The notes under the pieces: generated by a model | Database searches by the model: none | Seen by the model: the letters and a program-made list of their open reading frames with translations, nothing else | What the model was told of the DNA's origin: nothing | Assembly: GCA_934167305.1 (NCBI GenBank) | Contig: CAKPKQ010000005.1 | Coordinates: forward strand, 952-64,951 | Direction of reading: 5' to 3' | DNA: 64,000 nucleotides | Origin: an uncultured Clostridia bacterium | Lineage (GTDB): Bacteria > Bacillota > Clostridia > TANB77 > CAG-508 | Position numbers and translations under genes: made by a program | In this document: positions 36,227 to 46,291 of the stretch, piece by piece | How positions within the stretch are numbered: position 1 is the stretch's first letter | Layout: each line of letters starts with the position of its first letter

Positions 36227-36263
36227 ATACTACTCCATTCTTTTTACTCATTATTTTTCAACA

Positions 36264-37277
36264 CTAATCAGCTTTTTCAACCGCCTCACAAATCCTACTC
36301 ATCGTCTCAACACATTCAACTGGATATTCTCCTGTTGCTGTTTCGCCAGAAAGCATTACATAATTTGCCATATCATATACTGCATTTGCTACATCATTTA
36401 CTTCTGCTCTTGTTGGTCTAGGGCTATGTGTCATTGACTCTAGCATTTGAGTTGCTATTATAACTGGTTTTCCTGCTCTGTTACATTTTCTAATAAACTC
36501 TTTTTGTCTAATTGGAACTTCTTCCATTGGAATTTCAACTCCCAAATCTCCTCTTGCAACCATAATTCCATCAGATACTTCTAATATTTCATCAAAGTTA
36601 TCTATTCCTTGTCTATTCTCTATTTTAGCTATTATTTTAATTCCTTCTCCACCATTTTCTTGTAATACTTTTTTGATATTTAATATATCTTGTGCACTAC
36701 GTACAAAAGATGCTGCAATACAATCGAATCCTGCTTTTATACCAAATTTTATATCTTCAATATCTTTTTCTGTTGGACTTGGAAGGTTTATTTCCATTCC
36801 AGGAATATTAATACTTTTTGTATTAGTTAATTTTCCTCCATCTATTACTTGGCATATAATATCTGTTCCCTTTATTTCAATAACTTTAATTTTTATTAGT
36901 CCATCATTTATTAAAATAATTGTACCTACATTTACTTCATTGTATAAATTTTTATATGTTATTGAAACTTGTTCTTTATTTCCAAGTATATCTTCTGTTT
37001 TTAATGTAAATATATCATTTGGATTTAGCCATATTTCTCCATTTTCAAATTTTCCAATTCTGATTTCTGGTCCTTTTGTATCTAACATTAAAGAAACTTT
37101 TTTTCCAACCTTTTCCCTTACCTTTTTAAAGTTTTCTATTCTTTCTTCTTGATCTTGATAGTTTCCATGTGAAAAGTTAATTCTTCCTACATTCATTCCA
37201 GCTAGAATAAGTCTTTCTAATACTTCTGGTTTATCTACTGCTGGTCCTAATGTACATATGATTTTTGTTTTCCTCAT
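36264..37277 (-). CDS. pyk: Pyruvate kinase, A+B domains only (C-terminal domain absent)
   Basis: 337 aa with [30 protein letters not shown] and MLSGETA motifs. It ends right after the last A-domain helix, and only 37 nt separate it from the next gene. Confidence 0.85.
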   Translation of the reverse strand: MRKTKIICTLGPAVDKPEVLERLILAGMNVGRINFSHGNYQDQEERIENFKKVREKVGKKVSLMLDTKGPEIRIGKFENGEIWLNPNDIFTLKTEDILGNKEQVSITYKNLYNEVNVGTIILINDGLIKIKVIEIKGTDIICQVIDGGKLTNTKSINIPGMEINLPSPTEKDIEDIKFGIKAGFDCIAASFVRSAQDILNIKKVLQENGGEGIKIIAKIENRQGIDNFDEILEVSDGIMVARGDLGVEIPMEEVPIRQKEFIRKCNRAGKPVIIATQMLESMTHSPRPTRAEVNDVANAVYDMANYVMLSGETATGEYPVECVETMSRICEAVEKAD

Positions 37278-37329
37278 TTTAAACTCCTTCCTATATATAA
37301 AGAGCGCTTATATTACGCCCTTTCTTTTT

Positions 37330-39897
37330 CTATTTTGTAATCCATTTTATTAAATCTAAGTTAGCTGAGTCTAATATCATTTCATGTTTAGGCATTACTC
37401 TAAATGTGTAACCATAGTTTCCGCCATTTACAAGGTTTACTTTAGCTTTATAAGTATATATTCTGTTTTCTTCATCTGCCTCTTCTAGTTCCATTGGAAT
37501 AATACTAATGTCATCAACTGTTCCATTTTCACTTATTTTTCCGTAATATACTTGTGCTTGAATGTTATCTTTATTAATATTTGATAATTTTACTTTACAT
37601 CTTACTTCTATATTATTTCCTGCATCTAATGTAATATTGTCTAAGTTGTTTTCTTGAGTTATTTCAATATCATTCCAACTATTTCTTAGGCTTTCTTTCC
37701 AACTGTTAAGCTCTCCTACTTTTCCTAAGTCTGAATAATAGTTGTCATATAAGTTGCATAATGGTATATACAAATTGTCCACATAGTCTGTTAGCATTCT
37801 TGCTGTACTATATCTTCCTCCATTTGACATTATAGATTCTTTCATAGTTTGCATCCATTTTTCTGATATACCGTTTTTTCCTTTTTCGTAATACATAGGT
37901 ATTATTTTGTTTTCCAATGTATCATAAATGCTTTGACTATCTGCTCTGTCTTGTGATTCATAATCAGAATATTCTATTGAATCACCAATCTTCCAACCAT
38001 TTTTAGTATTATAGCCTTCTGCCCACCAGCCATCTAAAATACTGAAATTAATTACTCCATTAACAGCTGCTTTTTGTCCACTTGTACCTGATGCTTCCAT
38101 TGGTCTTCTAGGCGTATTTAACCATACATCTACACCACTAACTAAGTATTTTGACATTGCTATATTATAGTTTTCAAGTAAAAATACTTTGCCTTTGAAT
38201 TGTGGTTTCATTGAAATTTCATGTATATATCTTATTAAATCTTGTCCTTCTTTATCTGCCGGATGAGCTTTTCCTGCAAATATAATTTGTACTTTTTGAT
38301 TTTGATTATTTAATATTTGTGTTATTCTTTCTAGATCTTTAAATATTAAAGTAGCTCTTTTATATGTTGCAAATCTTCTTGCAAAGCCGATTGTTAAGGC
38401 ATTTGGATCTAAGCAATCAACTATTTTCATTATTTCATCATAGTTATACCCACATCTTCTTAATCTATTTACTGTATTTTCTTTAACAATAGCTAGCATT
38501 TTGGTTTTGCGTTCTTGATGTGCTTTCCAAAGTTCTTCATTTGGAATATCTGATATTTTTTTCCATACTTCATTATCATAAATTTTATCTTGCCAATATG
38601 GAATTAAATATTTGTTATACAATTCTTTTAAGTGTGGTGATAGCCATGAACATGTATGAATTCCATTTGTTACATATGTAATTGGAGATTCATTTGCAGC
38701 AATATTGGGCCATACTTCTCCAAATAGTTCTCTTGAAACTGCTCCATGTAACTTACTTACACCATTCTTTTTACCTGCAACTTTAAGTGCTAATATTCCC
38801 ATGTTAAACCCTGTTGTATCAATTTTTGCATCTGGTTTCATTCCCATTTGGAAAAATTCTTGTTTTGTTATTCCAAGTTTATCCCAATAGTCTTTGAAAT
38901 ATTTTTCAACTAAGCTTAATGCAAAAATGTCATTTCCTGCTGGCACTGGTGTATGCGTTGTAAACTCTGTTTTAGATGATACTATATCTCTTGCAATTTG
39001 GAATGATACTTGTTTTTCTTTCATTAAATTATATATTAATTCAAGTATTAAGAATGATGAATGTCCTTCATTCATATGGTATATAGTTGGATTATAGCCT
39101 AATGCTTTTAGCATTGCTACACCACCTTGACCAAGTATAATTTCTTGTTGTATTCTCATTTCACGGTCTCCACCATATAAAGTTTTGGTAATTTCTCTAT
39201 ATTCTGGTATATTTGCTTCAATGTCAGAATCAAGCAAATATAGCTCAACTCTACCAACATTTACTTTCCATGCTTTTAAGTATAACTTTTTCTTTGGAAA
39301 ATGTAATGCAACCAATACATCTTTTCCTTCTGAATCTTTTACACTTTCCATTGGTAAATTTTCTATGTCAATATCATTATATTCAGTTTCTTGTATTCCG
39401 TTTCCATTTATTTTTTGATTAAAATATCCATTCTTATATAGTAATCCAATAGCAACTAATGGAACTCCTAAATCGCTTGCTGATTTAAGGTGATCACCTG
39501 ATAATATTCCAAGTCCACCTGAATAAATTGCTAAAGTTTGGTCTAATCCATATTCTGCTGAAAAATATGCAATTAAATCATTTTTGTTTTCAGGATATTT
39601 TTTTTCAAACCAATTATTTTTGCTTTTCATGTAATCTTCAAAGTTTTCTACAACTTTGTCATACTTTTTTAAGAAATCAGGATTTTGTGCAGCTTTTTCT
39701 AGCTTTTCTTGTGTTACTAATTTCAAAAATTTTATTGGGTTTTTATTTACACTTTCCCATAAATCAATATCCATTTCTTTAAAAAGTTTAAGAAACTCTG
39801 TGTTCCAAGACCACCAAAGGTTGTAACCAATCTCTGATAATTTTTCAATTCTTTTTGGCAACTGTGGATTAACAGTAATTCTATTAAATATATACAT
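37330..39897 (-). CDS. glgP: Alpha-glucan phosphorylase (GT35)
   Basis: 855 aa with GGLGILSGDHLKSASD, TNGIH and EASGTSGQKAA (PLP lysine region). Confidence 0.9.
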   Translation of the reverse strand: MYIFNRITVNPQLPKRIEKLSEIGYNLWWSWNTEFLKLFKEMDIDLWESVNKNPIKFLKLVTQEKLEKAAQNPDFLKKYDKVVENFEDYMKSKNNWFEKKYPENKNDLIAYFSAEYGLDQTLAIYSGGLGILSGDHLKSASDLGVPLVAIGLLYKNGYFNQKINGNGIQETEYNDIDIENLPMESVKDSEGKDVLVALHFPKKKLYLKAWKVNVGRVELYLLDSDIEANIPEYREITKTLYGGDREMRIQQEIILGQGGVAMLKALGYNPTIYHMNEGHSSFLILELIYNLMKEKQVSFQIARDIVSSKTEFTTHTPVPAGNDIFALSLVEKYFKDYWDKLGITKQEFFQMGMKPDAKIDTTGFNMGILALKVAGKKNGVSKLHGAVSRELFGEVWPNIAANESPITYVTNGIHTCSWLSPHLKELYNKYLIPYWQDKIYDNEVWKKISDIPNEELWKAHQERKTKMLAIVKENTVNRLRRCGYNYDEIMKIVDCLDPNALTIGFARRFATYKRATLIFKDLERITQILNNQNQKVQIIFAGKAHPADKEGQDLIRYIHEISMKPQFKGKVFLLENYNIAMSKYLVSGVDVWLNTPRRPMEASGTSGQKAAVNGVINFSILDGWWAEGYNTKNGWKIGDSIEYSDYESQDRADSQSIYDTLENKIIPMYYEKGKNGISEKWMQTMKESIMSNGGRYSTARMLTDYVDNLYIPLCNLYDNYYSDLGKVGELNSWKESLRNSWNDIEITQENNLDNITLDAGNNIEVRCKVKLSNINKDNIQAQVYYGKISENGTVDDISIIPMELEEADEENRIYTYKAKVNLVNGGNYGYTFRVMPKHEMILDSANLDLIKWITK

Positions 39898-39976
39898 GTT
39901 TTCCTCCTTGGTATTTTTAACTTCTTTTGTTTTCTATATTATCTATTAAGTTTTTATTTTTGTCAATGAATTTTAC

Positions 39977-41245
39977 TTAATGTAATTCTAAAAATTCTAT
40001 GTCCTTTTTAGGGTATTCTTCTGGCTTTAATCCAACTTTATCTCTCATTTTATCAATTAGTAGCACTAATGCTATTGTTACGATACAACCAAGTACAAAA
40101 ACCGTACCAGATGTAGTAGTTTTTTGCAATAGCCATGACGCAATTAAAGATAATATTGCTCTTGATATACTTTCTGCTAAATTATACGCAGATGTAATTT
40201 TATTTCTTAATGATGAGGTTGTAAAATTATTTAAATATCTTTTTATTAATGTATAGAAAGCACCTTTTGCTAAGAATTGTACTAAGAAAAGTGGAATAAG
40301 CATTGTTAATGTTATTTGCATATTAAAATTTCCGGATACACAAAATCCTATTAACATGCATGAAACAGCTGTCGGTATAGATATAACAGCTAGTGTTTTA
40401 TTGGTAAATTTATTATGAATTTTATTTTGATTTTTAGCTGTAATTCCAGATGTTATTCCTAGTATTGCAAATATAATTCCGAAGTATTGCTCTGGTACCC
40501 CTATTTGCTCTAATGTTCCACTTCTTAAACTTATTAGTACACTTAGTAATGCTGAAAATGTTGCTCCAAAAATAAATAAATATTTTAATCTATCTGATTG
40601 TAACATATATTTAAGTGAATTCTTTAGGTCAGTTATATATTGTTTTGTATTTGTTATTTCAACTTGATCTGCCTTTTTTATGTCATTAAACATAAAAGAT
40701 AAAACTACTGAAAGTAAACAACAAATAAGGCTTAAAATTAATGGTATATAACCATTTATTACATATAAAAAACCTGATGCGACAGATGAAACCGCATCTG
40801 CATAGTAATACCACGACATACCTTTTCCATCTATCTTAGAAAATGCATTTCCTCTTTTTCCGTCTTTTGGTAAACTATCATATAAAAGATTAGTTTCTAC
40901 TATTCCCTTTATATTAAATGTTATAGCTGATAATAATTGCCCTAATATTACAAAATTTAAATCTTTTGCAACAATATAGCTTAAAACCGAAAGTGCATTT
41001 ATACTATTAGCTAAAATCAAACTATTTCTCTTTCCAATTTTATTTATTAATGCAGTAAGTGGAACTAATAATATTATTTTGAATATTGGATAGCATGCCT
41101 CTGCAAATAGTACATCTGACGCACTTATTCCTTTTACTTGAATTAAAAATATAAAGTTTATTGAATAGAAAAACAATAAGTCCCAAGATAACATTTTATA
41201 TATGGGATATATTCGCATATTTTGTTCTTCTTTTGTTATATTCAT
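39977..41245 (-). CDS. MFS-type transporter
   Basis: 422 aa with about 12 hydrophobic segments. The family call is generic. Confidence 0.65.
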   Translation of the reverse strand: MNITKEEQNMRIYPIYKMLSWDLLFFYSINFIFLIQVKGISASDVLFAEACYPIFKIILLVPLTALINKIGKRNSLILANSINALSVLSYIVAKDLNFVILGQLLSAITFNIKGIVETNLLYDSLPKDGKRGNAFSKIDGKGMSWYYYADAVSSVASGFLYVINGYIPLILSLICCLLSVVLSFMFNDIKKADQVEITNTKQYITDLKNSLKYMLQSDRLKYLFIFGATFSALLSVLISLRSGTLEQIGVPEQYFGIIFAILGITSGITAKNQNKIHNKFTNKTLAVISIPTAVSCMLIGFCVSGNFNMQITLTMLIPLFLVQFLAKGAFYTLIKRYLNNFTTSSLRNKITSAYNLAESISRAILSLIASWLLQKTTTSGTVFVLGCIVTIALVLLIDKMRDKVGLKPEEYPKKDIEFLELH

Positions 41246-41387
41246 TTTATCACCATTAAAATTATATCGATAATTATATTAAAATGTCAATAGAAAGTAT
41301 TCATATAACTTTAAGAAAATTTTAATAGATTTTTCACGGTATTAGGTTTATAATATACTTGTAAATTAAATAAGGAGTTTAATATTT

Positions 41388-42107
41388 ATGGTTAAAATTA
41401 TTAAAAGGACTTTGCTTTTTATTTTAGTTGCAATTATTATAGCAAGTGGATTTGTTATATATAAAGGTCATGAGGTTTATGCAGATGCATTAAAAACAAC
41501 TAGCTTAGCAGACAAAATTGAAAAAATAAAAAGTGATGATAGTTATGTTGAATTAAACACATTACCTGTATATTACAAAAATGCCATAGTTTCTGTTGAA
41601 GATCACCGTTATTATGATCATGGTCCTATTGATTTAATTGCAATTATGAGGGCAATTGTTTCAAATATACGTAATAAAGATTTATTAGAAGGTGGTAGTA
41701 CAATAACACAACAAGTTGCTAAAAACTTATATTTTATTGGTACAGATACTAATTCACTTTATAGAAAAATTGCTGAAATATTTATGGCATATGATTTGGA
41801 AGATACTTATTCTAAAGATGATATTTTAGAGTTTTACATTAATACAATTTATTTTGGTGATGGTTATTATGGAGTAGATGAAGCTTGTAATGGTTACTTT
41901 AAAAAATCTGCTAAAGACATGACATTATATGAAGCAACTATGCTAGCTGGAATTCCAAATGCTCCTAGTGTTTATGCTCCTACAGTTAATAAGGATTTAG
42001 CATTAAATAGACAAAGAAAAGTTATTTCTACAATGGTAGAAAATGAATACTTAACTCAAGAACAAGCTGATGAACTAATTAAAATGCAAGAAAAAGAAAC
42101 CCCATAA
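41388..42107 (+). CDS. Monofunctional peptidoglycan glycosyltransferase (GT51)
   Basis: N-terminal TM. GT51 motifs present: VEDHRYYDHGPID, GGSTITQQVAKN, RKIAEIFMAYDLE. Confidence 0.88.
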   Translation: MVKIIKRTLLFILVAIIIASGFVIYKGHEVYADALKTTSLADKIEKIKSDDSYVELNTLPVYYKNAIVSVEDHRYYDHGPIDLIAIMRAIVSNIRNKDLLEGGSTITQQVAKNLYFIGTDTNSLYRKIAEIFMAYDLEDTYSKDDILEFYINTIYFGDGYYGVDEACNGYFKKSAKDMTLYEATMLAGIPNAPSVYAPTVNKDLALNRQRKVISTMVENEYLTQEQADELIKMQEKETP

Positions 42108-42133
42108 GGAGTTTCTTTTTTTTTGCCTTCTAT

Positions 42134-42913
42134 TTATTCTTCTGTTCTTTGAGCACCTTTTTCTTCACACCATTTTCCAAATTCTTCCCAATCTAAGAAC
42201 TCAGAACCAGGAACCTTATATGGATCATTATTGTTTAAATATTGATCAATGGTGTATTCCTTAAATATTTCCGCATTAAAAGCATTAAGGTATTTCTCTC
42301 TGTTATATGTTTTTCTTGCATTGGTGTCATAAATTTTATTTTTTCTGCATAATGCTGCATGTCCACATTTTTCTTCCATACATGGTTTAATGCTCATCCA
42401 AATAATTTTAATTTCTGGATCTTTTAAAGCATTTGCTATCAAATATGTCGTGTTATAACATAAATGATTGCAACCTTCTGAACGAATAAATGAATATAAT
42501 TCTTTATCATTTTTTCTTATCGTCATCCAGTTTTTGAATGTTATTACTCCAAAATTGATAAGCTGGATATTTCTGATTTTCCGCTTTATACTTGCTCTAA
42601 TATCTTCCACGTCTTTTTTTTGAGCAATTACCATAATCACAATATAAAAGACGTCTATTGCTATAGCTGTTATAATACTAAAGCAAACAATAAGAGTTAT
42701 TCCCCAGCCTTTAAATGCATTGTTTAATACCATGCTAATTATGCAAAGTACCAATGCTATCAAAGTTGGAATGGTTGAGGTTGTAAGCCGATATGTTAAC
42801 CATGTGGCAAAATACTTGTGCTTGAATAAATATAAGTCCTCTTTTTTCTCTTCTTTTGAGAGTTCTTGAAATTCTTTAATTTCTCTCAAAGCAATTCTTT
42901 CGTAAAAAAACAT
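42134..42913 (-). CDS. Membrane protein with a Cys/His-containing C-terminal domain, hypothetical
   Basis: Three or four TM segments, followed by EGCNHLCY...CGHAALC...YDTN. A thiol-hydrolase-like fold is only a guess. Confidence 0.5.
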   Translation of the reverse strand: MFFYERIALREIKEFQELSKEEKKEDLYLFKHKYFATWLTYRLTTSTIPTLIALVLCIISMVLNNAFKGWGITLIVCFSIITAIAIDVFYIVIMVIAQKKDVEDIRASIKRKIRNIQLINFGVITFKNWMTIRKNDKELYSFIRSEGCNHLCYNTTYLIANALKDPEIKIIWMSIKPCMEEKCGHAALCRKNKIYDTNARKTYNREKYLNAFNAEIFKEYTIDQYLNNNDPYKVPGSEFLDWEEFGKWCEEKGAQRTEE

Positions 42914-43390
42914 TTTATTTCCTCCATTTTCTAAGATGTTATAATTTATTTGCTTGGGAAGGAAATGTTTTTCACCACTTGGTAAAAAACATTTGTATTT
43001 CTAATGGGATATTGCCCATAGTATATATATTATAGCACATTTTAGTAACTTTTACCAGTAAAATTTGTATTTGATAATTATTAATATACATCAAAAAAGA
43101 ATAGCTTTAGCTATTCTTTTGGAATGACATAACTAATCTCTTATATTTATATATGCTCAAAATATGTTAATTATATTATATGTTAATAAAAAATTATTTT
43201 TATCTAAATATATAAGTATTTAAGCTTTTAATAGTATCAAATTTCAAGCAGTAAGCATTTGTTCGTTCTTCAGTTACAAACTTAAAAATGTAGTTAATAT
43301 TTTTAGATGCTGATGCTCAAAGTTTGAGCATCAGCAGTAGATGAGAATATTATTGGTTTAATTTTATAAGTTGCCTAGATAAAAAGATTC

Positions 43391-43819
43391 TTAAATTCGT
43401 TCAGTTTGGTTTATTCCTCCTGCAATGTATGTTATCCCAGAAGAAAAAAATTCTACAACATAGCTATTTCCACTGCACGAATTAATAACCTTTTTGTTAA
43501 TCTTTTCTCCAACTTTTAGATTATATGAAGCTCTCAATACTTGAACACTTCCAACATTTTCATATACAGAAATTGTACAATCTTCACCAGCCACAGGAGA
43601 AAGGATCAGCCAAAGTCCCCATCCCTTGTTAGGAGTTACAGTCACAGTTTTATATGAGTTAATTCTTGTATTTTCAAACTGTGCTAGAATCCGTTGGTCA
43701 GTGCTCGTAACACTTTCTTCTTGTTCTAATGTTTCTGGAACTTCTACTGCATGAACAGATACCGCCATTACAGAAAGCACCAAGATAATTGTGAAAACCA
43801 TAGATGTAATTTTTTTCAT
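43391..43819 (-). CDS. Small secreted hypothetical protein
   Basis: Signal peptide MKKITSMVFTIILVLSVMAVSVHA followed by a beta-rich 118-aa domain. Confidence 0.5.
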   Translation of the reverse strand: MKKITSMVFTIILVLSVMAVSVHAVEVPETLEQEESVTSTDQRILAQFENTRINSYKTVTVTPNKGWGLWLILSPVAGEDCTISVYENVGSVQVLRASYNLKVGEKINKKVINSCSGNSYVVEFFSSGITYIAGGINQTERI

Positions 43820-43976
43820 TTGAATTTTTCTCCTTAATAGCTTCTAAATATCCTCATCTACTATTAACACTATCAAGAATTGATAGTATTAATTAGTTTA
43901 TAAATATTTATTATATATATTTTGCATTTTTACATTTGTCAATACTTTCAATTTGCATAAACTATAAAAAAATAAA

Positions 43977-44618
43977 TTATTCCTCTACATACCCCGTTAC
44001 ATCTGGTTTAGTAACATCGTTTTCTTGTACATCACCAATTTCTTTATAGTAATCTTGAATTACTGATTTTCCTTCATGTTGACTTATCATCCTTAATAGC
44101 TTTCCTGTATTAGCTTCAATAATATACTCCCATGAAGATTGTTGTACCAAATAACAACTTTTGTCTCTAAATTTAATTTTCTCTATTTTAGAATATATAG
44201 CAGAATTAAATGAATATAAAATTGTCTTATCGGTATTTTGTAATGCCATTTTTCCGATTGAATTAACATTTTTTTTAGTTTTGTTTTTTCCATCATTACT
44301 TAGCACAAAACTTTCATTTTCATCTTCATATTCAATCAAATTACTTAATGATCTATTTTCGTTTTTAGAATAAGAGCTAGTATATCTTATTTTTTTATTT
44401 TCCTTTATATATTCTTCTCCATATATTATTGTATCTTCTGTAACACTAATTTCTGTTAAATGATAATTATAAGTTTTATTATTTATTTCATTTATCTCAG
44501 CTTTCTTTACTAAATCATTAAGTATAATGTATTTTCGAGTAATATTTACAGCAAATGCAATTACTATAATTAATAATACTACACCTAAAATTTTAAATGT
44601 TTTTTTCTCATTTTTCAT
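43977..44618 (-). CDS. Membrane-anchored hypothetical protein
   Basis: N-terminal TM (FKILGVVLLIIVIAFAV) plus an ectodomain. Confidence 0.5.
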   Translation of the reverse strand: MKNEKKTFKILGVVLLIIVIAFAVNITRKYIILNDLVKKAEINEINNKTYNYHLTEISVTEDTIIYGEEYIKENKKIRYTSSYSKNENRSLSNLIEYEDENESFVLSNDGKNKTKKNVNSIGKMALQNTDKTILYSFNSAIYSKIEKIKFRDKSCYLVQQSSWEYIIEANTGKLLRMISQHEGKSVIQDYYKEIGDVQENDVTKPDVTGYVEE

Positions 44619-44723
44619 ATATCTTTTTCTCCTTACTTATACGACGTTTTTTTATTTATTTTATTACAAATTTTGTAATAGTATCATAAACGTCCATTTT
44701 TTATAAATTAATTTTTATATCTA

Positions 44724-45278
44724 TTATTGTTTATAGAAAAAATTAACTTCGTTAATAGTTGGTATTACTTTAGGTAAAAACTCTTTAATAATTGGTCCTA
44801 AAATATCAACAAATTCTTTTCTTTCGAAAATAATTTTTAAGCCCATTGGTAAACCATTGTCTGAAATATGGTACATTATCGCAACAATATTTATAACCAA
44901 AGTTGCTCTAAAAAGTCCTACATTGTCAACTGATAAACTTTCAAATAATCCATTTTCAGTTTCTAATTTTCTATCATATATACTTTGAAGTCCAAAATAA
45001 GTTATAATAAGGTTGTTTAAATCTAATTCTCTGTGTGAATCTGGAATAGATATATATGATTTAAGGCTATGCTTTAAGATTGTTGCATTATTTTGAGCTC
45101 CAACTATTTCTTGTATTGCCTCTTTTTCTGTCGCATCAAAAAATTCTTTAAATTGAGGATTAGAGTTTTTGCAAGAATACCAATCTTCCATAATATTTAT
45201 TGCACTATTATTTTTTATATAATTACTTAACTCCTCAATTAATTGCTCATTAACAGGTGTAGTTACATTGTCATTCAA
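44724..45278 (-). CDS. Hypothetical cytoplasmic protein
   Basis: 184-aa ORF, 6 nt downstream of 45285..46115, so likely an operon with it. Confidence 0.5.
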   Translation of the reverse strand: MNDNVTTPVNEQLIEELSNYIKNNSAINIMEDWYSCKNSNPQFKEFFDATEKEAIQEIVGAQNNATILKHSLKSYISIPDSHRELDLNNLIITYFGLQSIYDRKLETENGLFESLSVDNVGLFRATLVINIVAIMYHISDNGLPMGLKIIFERKEFVDILGPIIKEFLPKVIPTINEVNFFYKQ

Positions 45279-45284
45279 ATCTCT

Positions 45285-46115
45285 TTATTTTATACTTAAT
45301 TCAAAATTATATCCTCTATCCATAATAGGTCTGCTTAAACATAATTTGCTATTTTTTGTTAATGTAAATATATTTTCAGATCGATTCAAATTGATTTTTC
45401 CATCTTTAACTTCACACATAGGGTTAGTTTTAATTATAATAAAGTTTTCTCCAATATTGACAATCTTAAAAGTAAAAAGAATTGTTTCTTCATGAATTTC
45501 TTTTCCATTTTTTAAATATGAAATGCCCATTTTGGATACTACATTTTCTATATTTGTTTTAATATCATAAGTTTTTATTTTTCCTGTCTTTTTGTCTAAA
45601 ACTTCTATTATATCGTATTGTGTAATTTTTTCTGCCTTATTTTCTGTAGTTGAAATATCACTATTTTCTAATGTTCTAACGCTTGAAATGTTCATTTTTT
45701 CAATATTAGTTATTAATATTCTACTTACCTCTTTTAATATTGATTTTGTAATATTTTCAATACGACTAACAATATTAATTAAATCATTATCTCTAAAGTT
45801 ATTACAAAATTCTTTAATATTTTTATTCACCATTTCTTGGTCTGTTAATAATGAATCTATATCATTTATTGTTAACTCTTTTTTGTTATAAAAATTATTT
45901 AAAACTATTGCCTTAAAAACATCACATGTTACTATTTTCCAAAATGGATCAGTTTCTAATGATTTATCCTCATCTAAAATTTCTTTAAGCATTCGATCTA
46001 AATATTTTAATGTTTCTTTTAAATCGTCATTTTCATAATTTAGATATGCCATTTTTAAGTCTCTTTCTAAATCTTCTAATTTCATTTTATACACCCTACC
46101 TTTCTTGCTTTTCAT
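45285..46115 (-). CDS. Hypothetical cytoplasmic protein
   Basis: 276-aa ORF (alternative ATG at 46085). Helical N-half and beta-rich C-half. Confidence 0.5.
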   Translation of the reverse strand: MKSKKGRVYKMKLEDLERDLKMAYLNYENDDLKETLKYLDRMLKEILDEDKSLETDPFWKIVTCDVFKAIVLNNFYNKKELTINDIDSLLTDQEMVNKNIKEFCNNFRDNDLINIVSRIENITKSILKEVSRILITNIEKMNISSVRTLENSDISTTENKAEKITQYDIIEVLDKKTGKIKTYDIKTNIENVVSKMGISYLKNGKEIHEETILFTFKIVNIGENFIIIKTNPMCEVKDGKINLNRSENIFTLTKNSKLCLSRPIMDRGYNFELSIK

Positions 46116-46262
46116 TCTATACTATAACTGATCTTTTTGCAACAGTAGGTAAAAGATAGTCAATAAAAAATCACTTTAAAAGAATTAAAATAAAAAAGAA
46201 TTAGTATATTTTCCTAATTAATAAACTAATTCTTTGCAGAATATTTGTTCGTAATGTTATGC

Positions 46263-46291
46263 TTTTAAAAACAAGTTGAAAAACTTGTTTT
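46263..46291 (-). terminator. Terminator of the tRNA operon
   Basis: The minus strand directly after the CCA end reads aaaaacaagtt-tttc-aacttgttttt. Confidence 0.7.
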
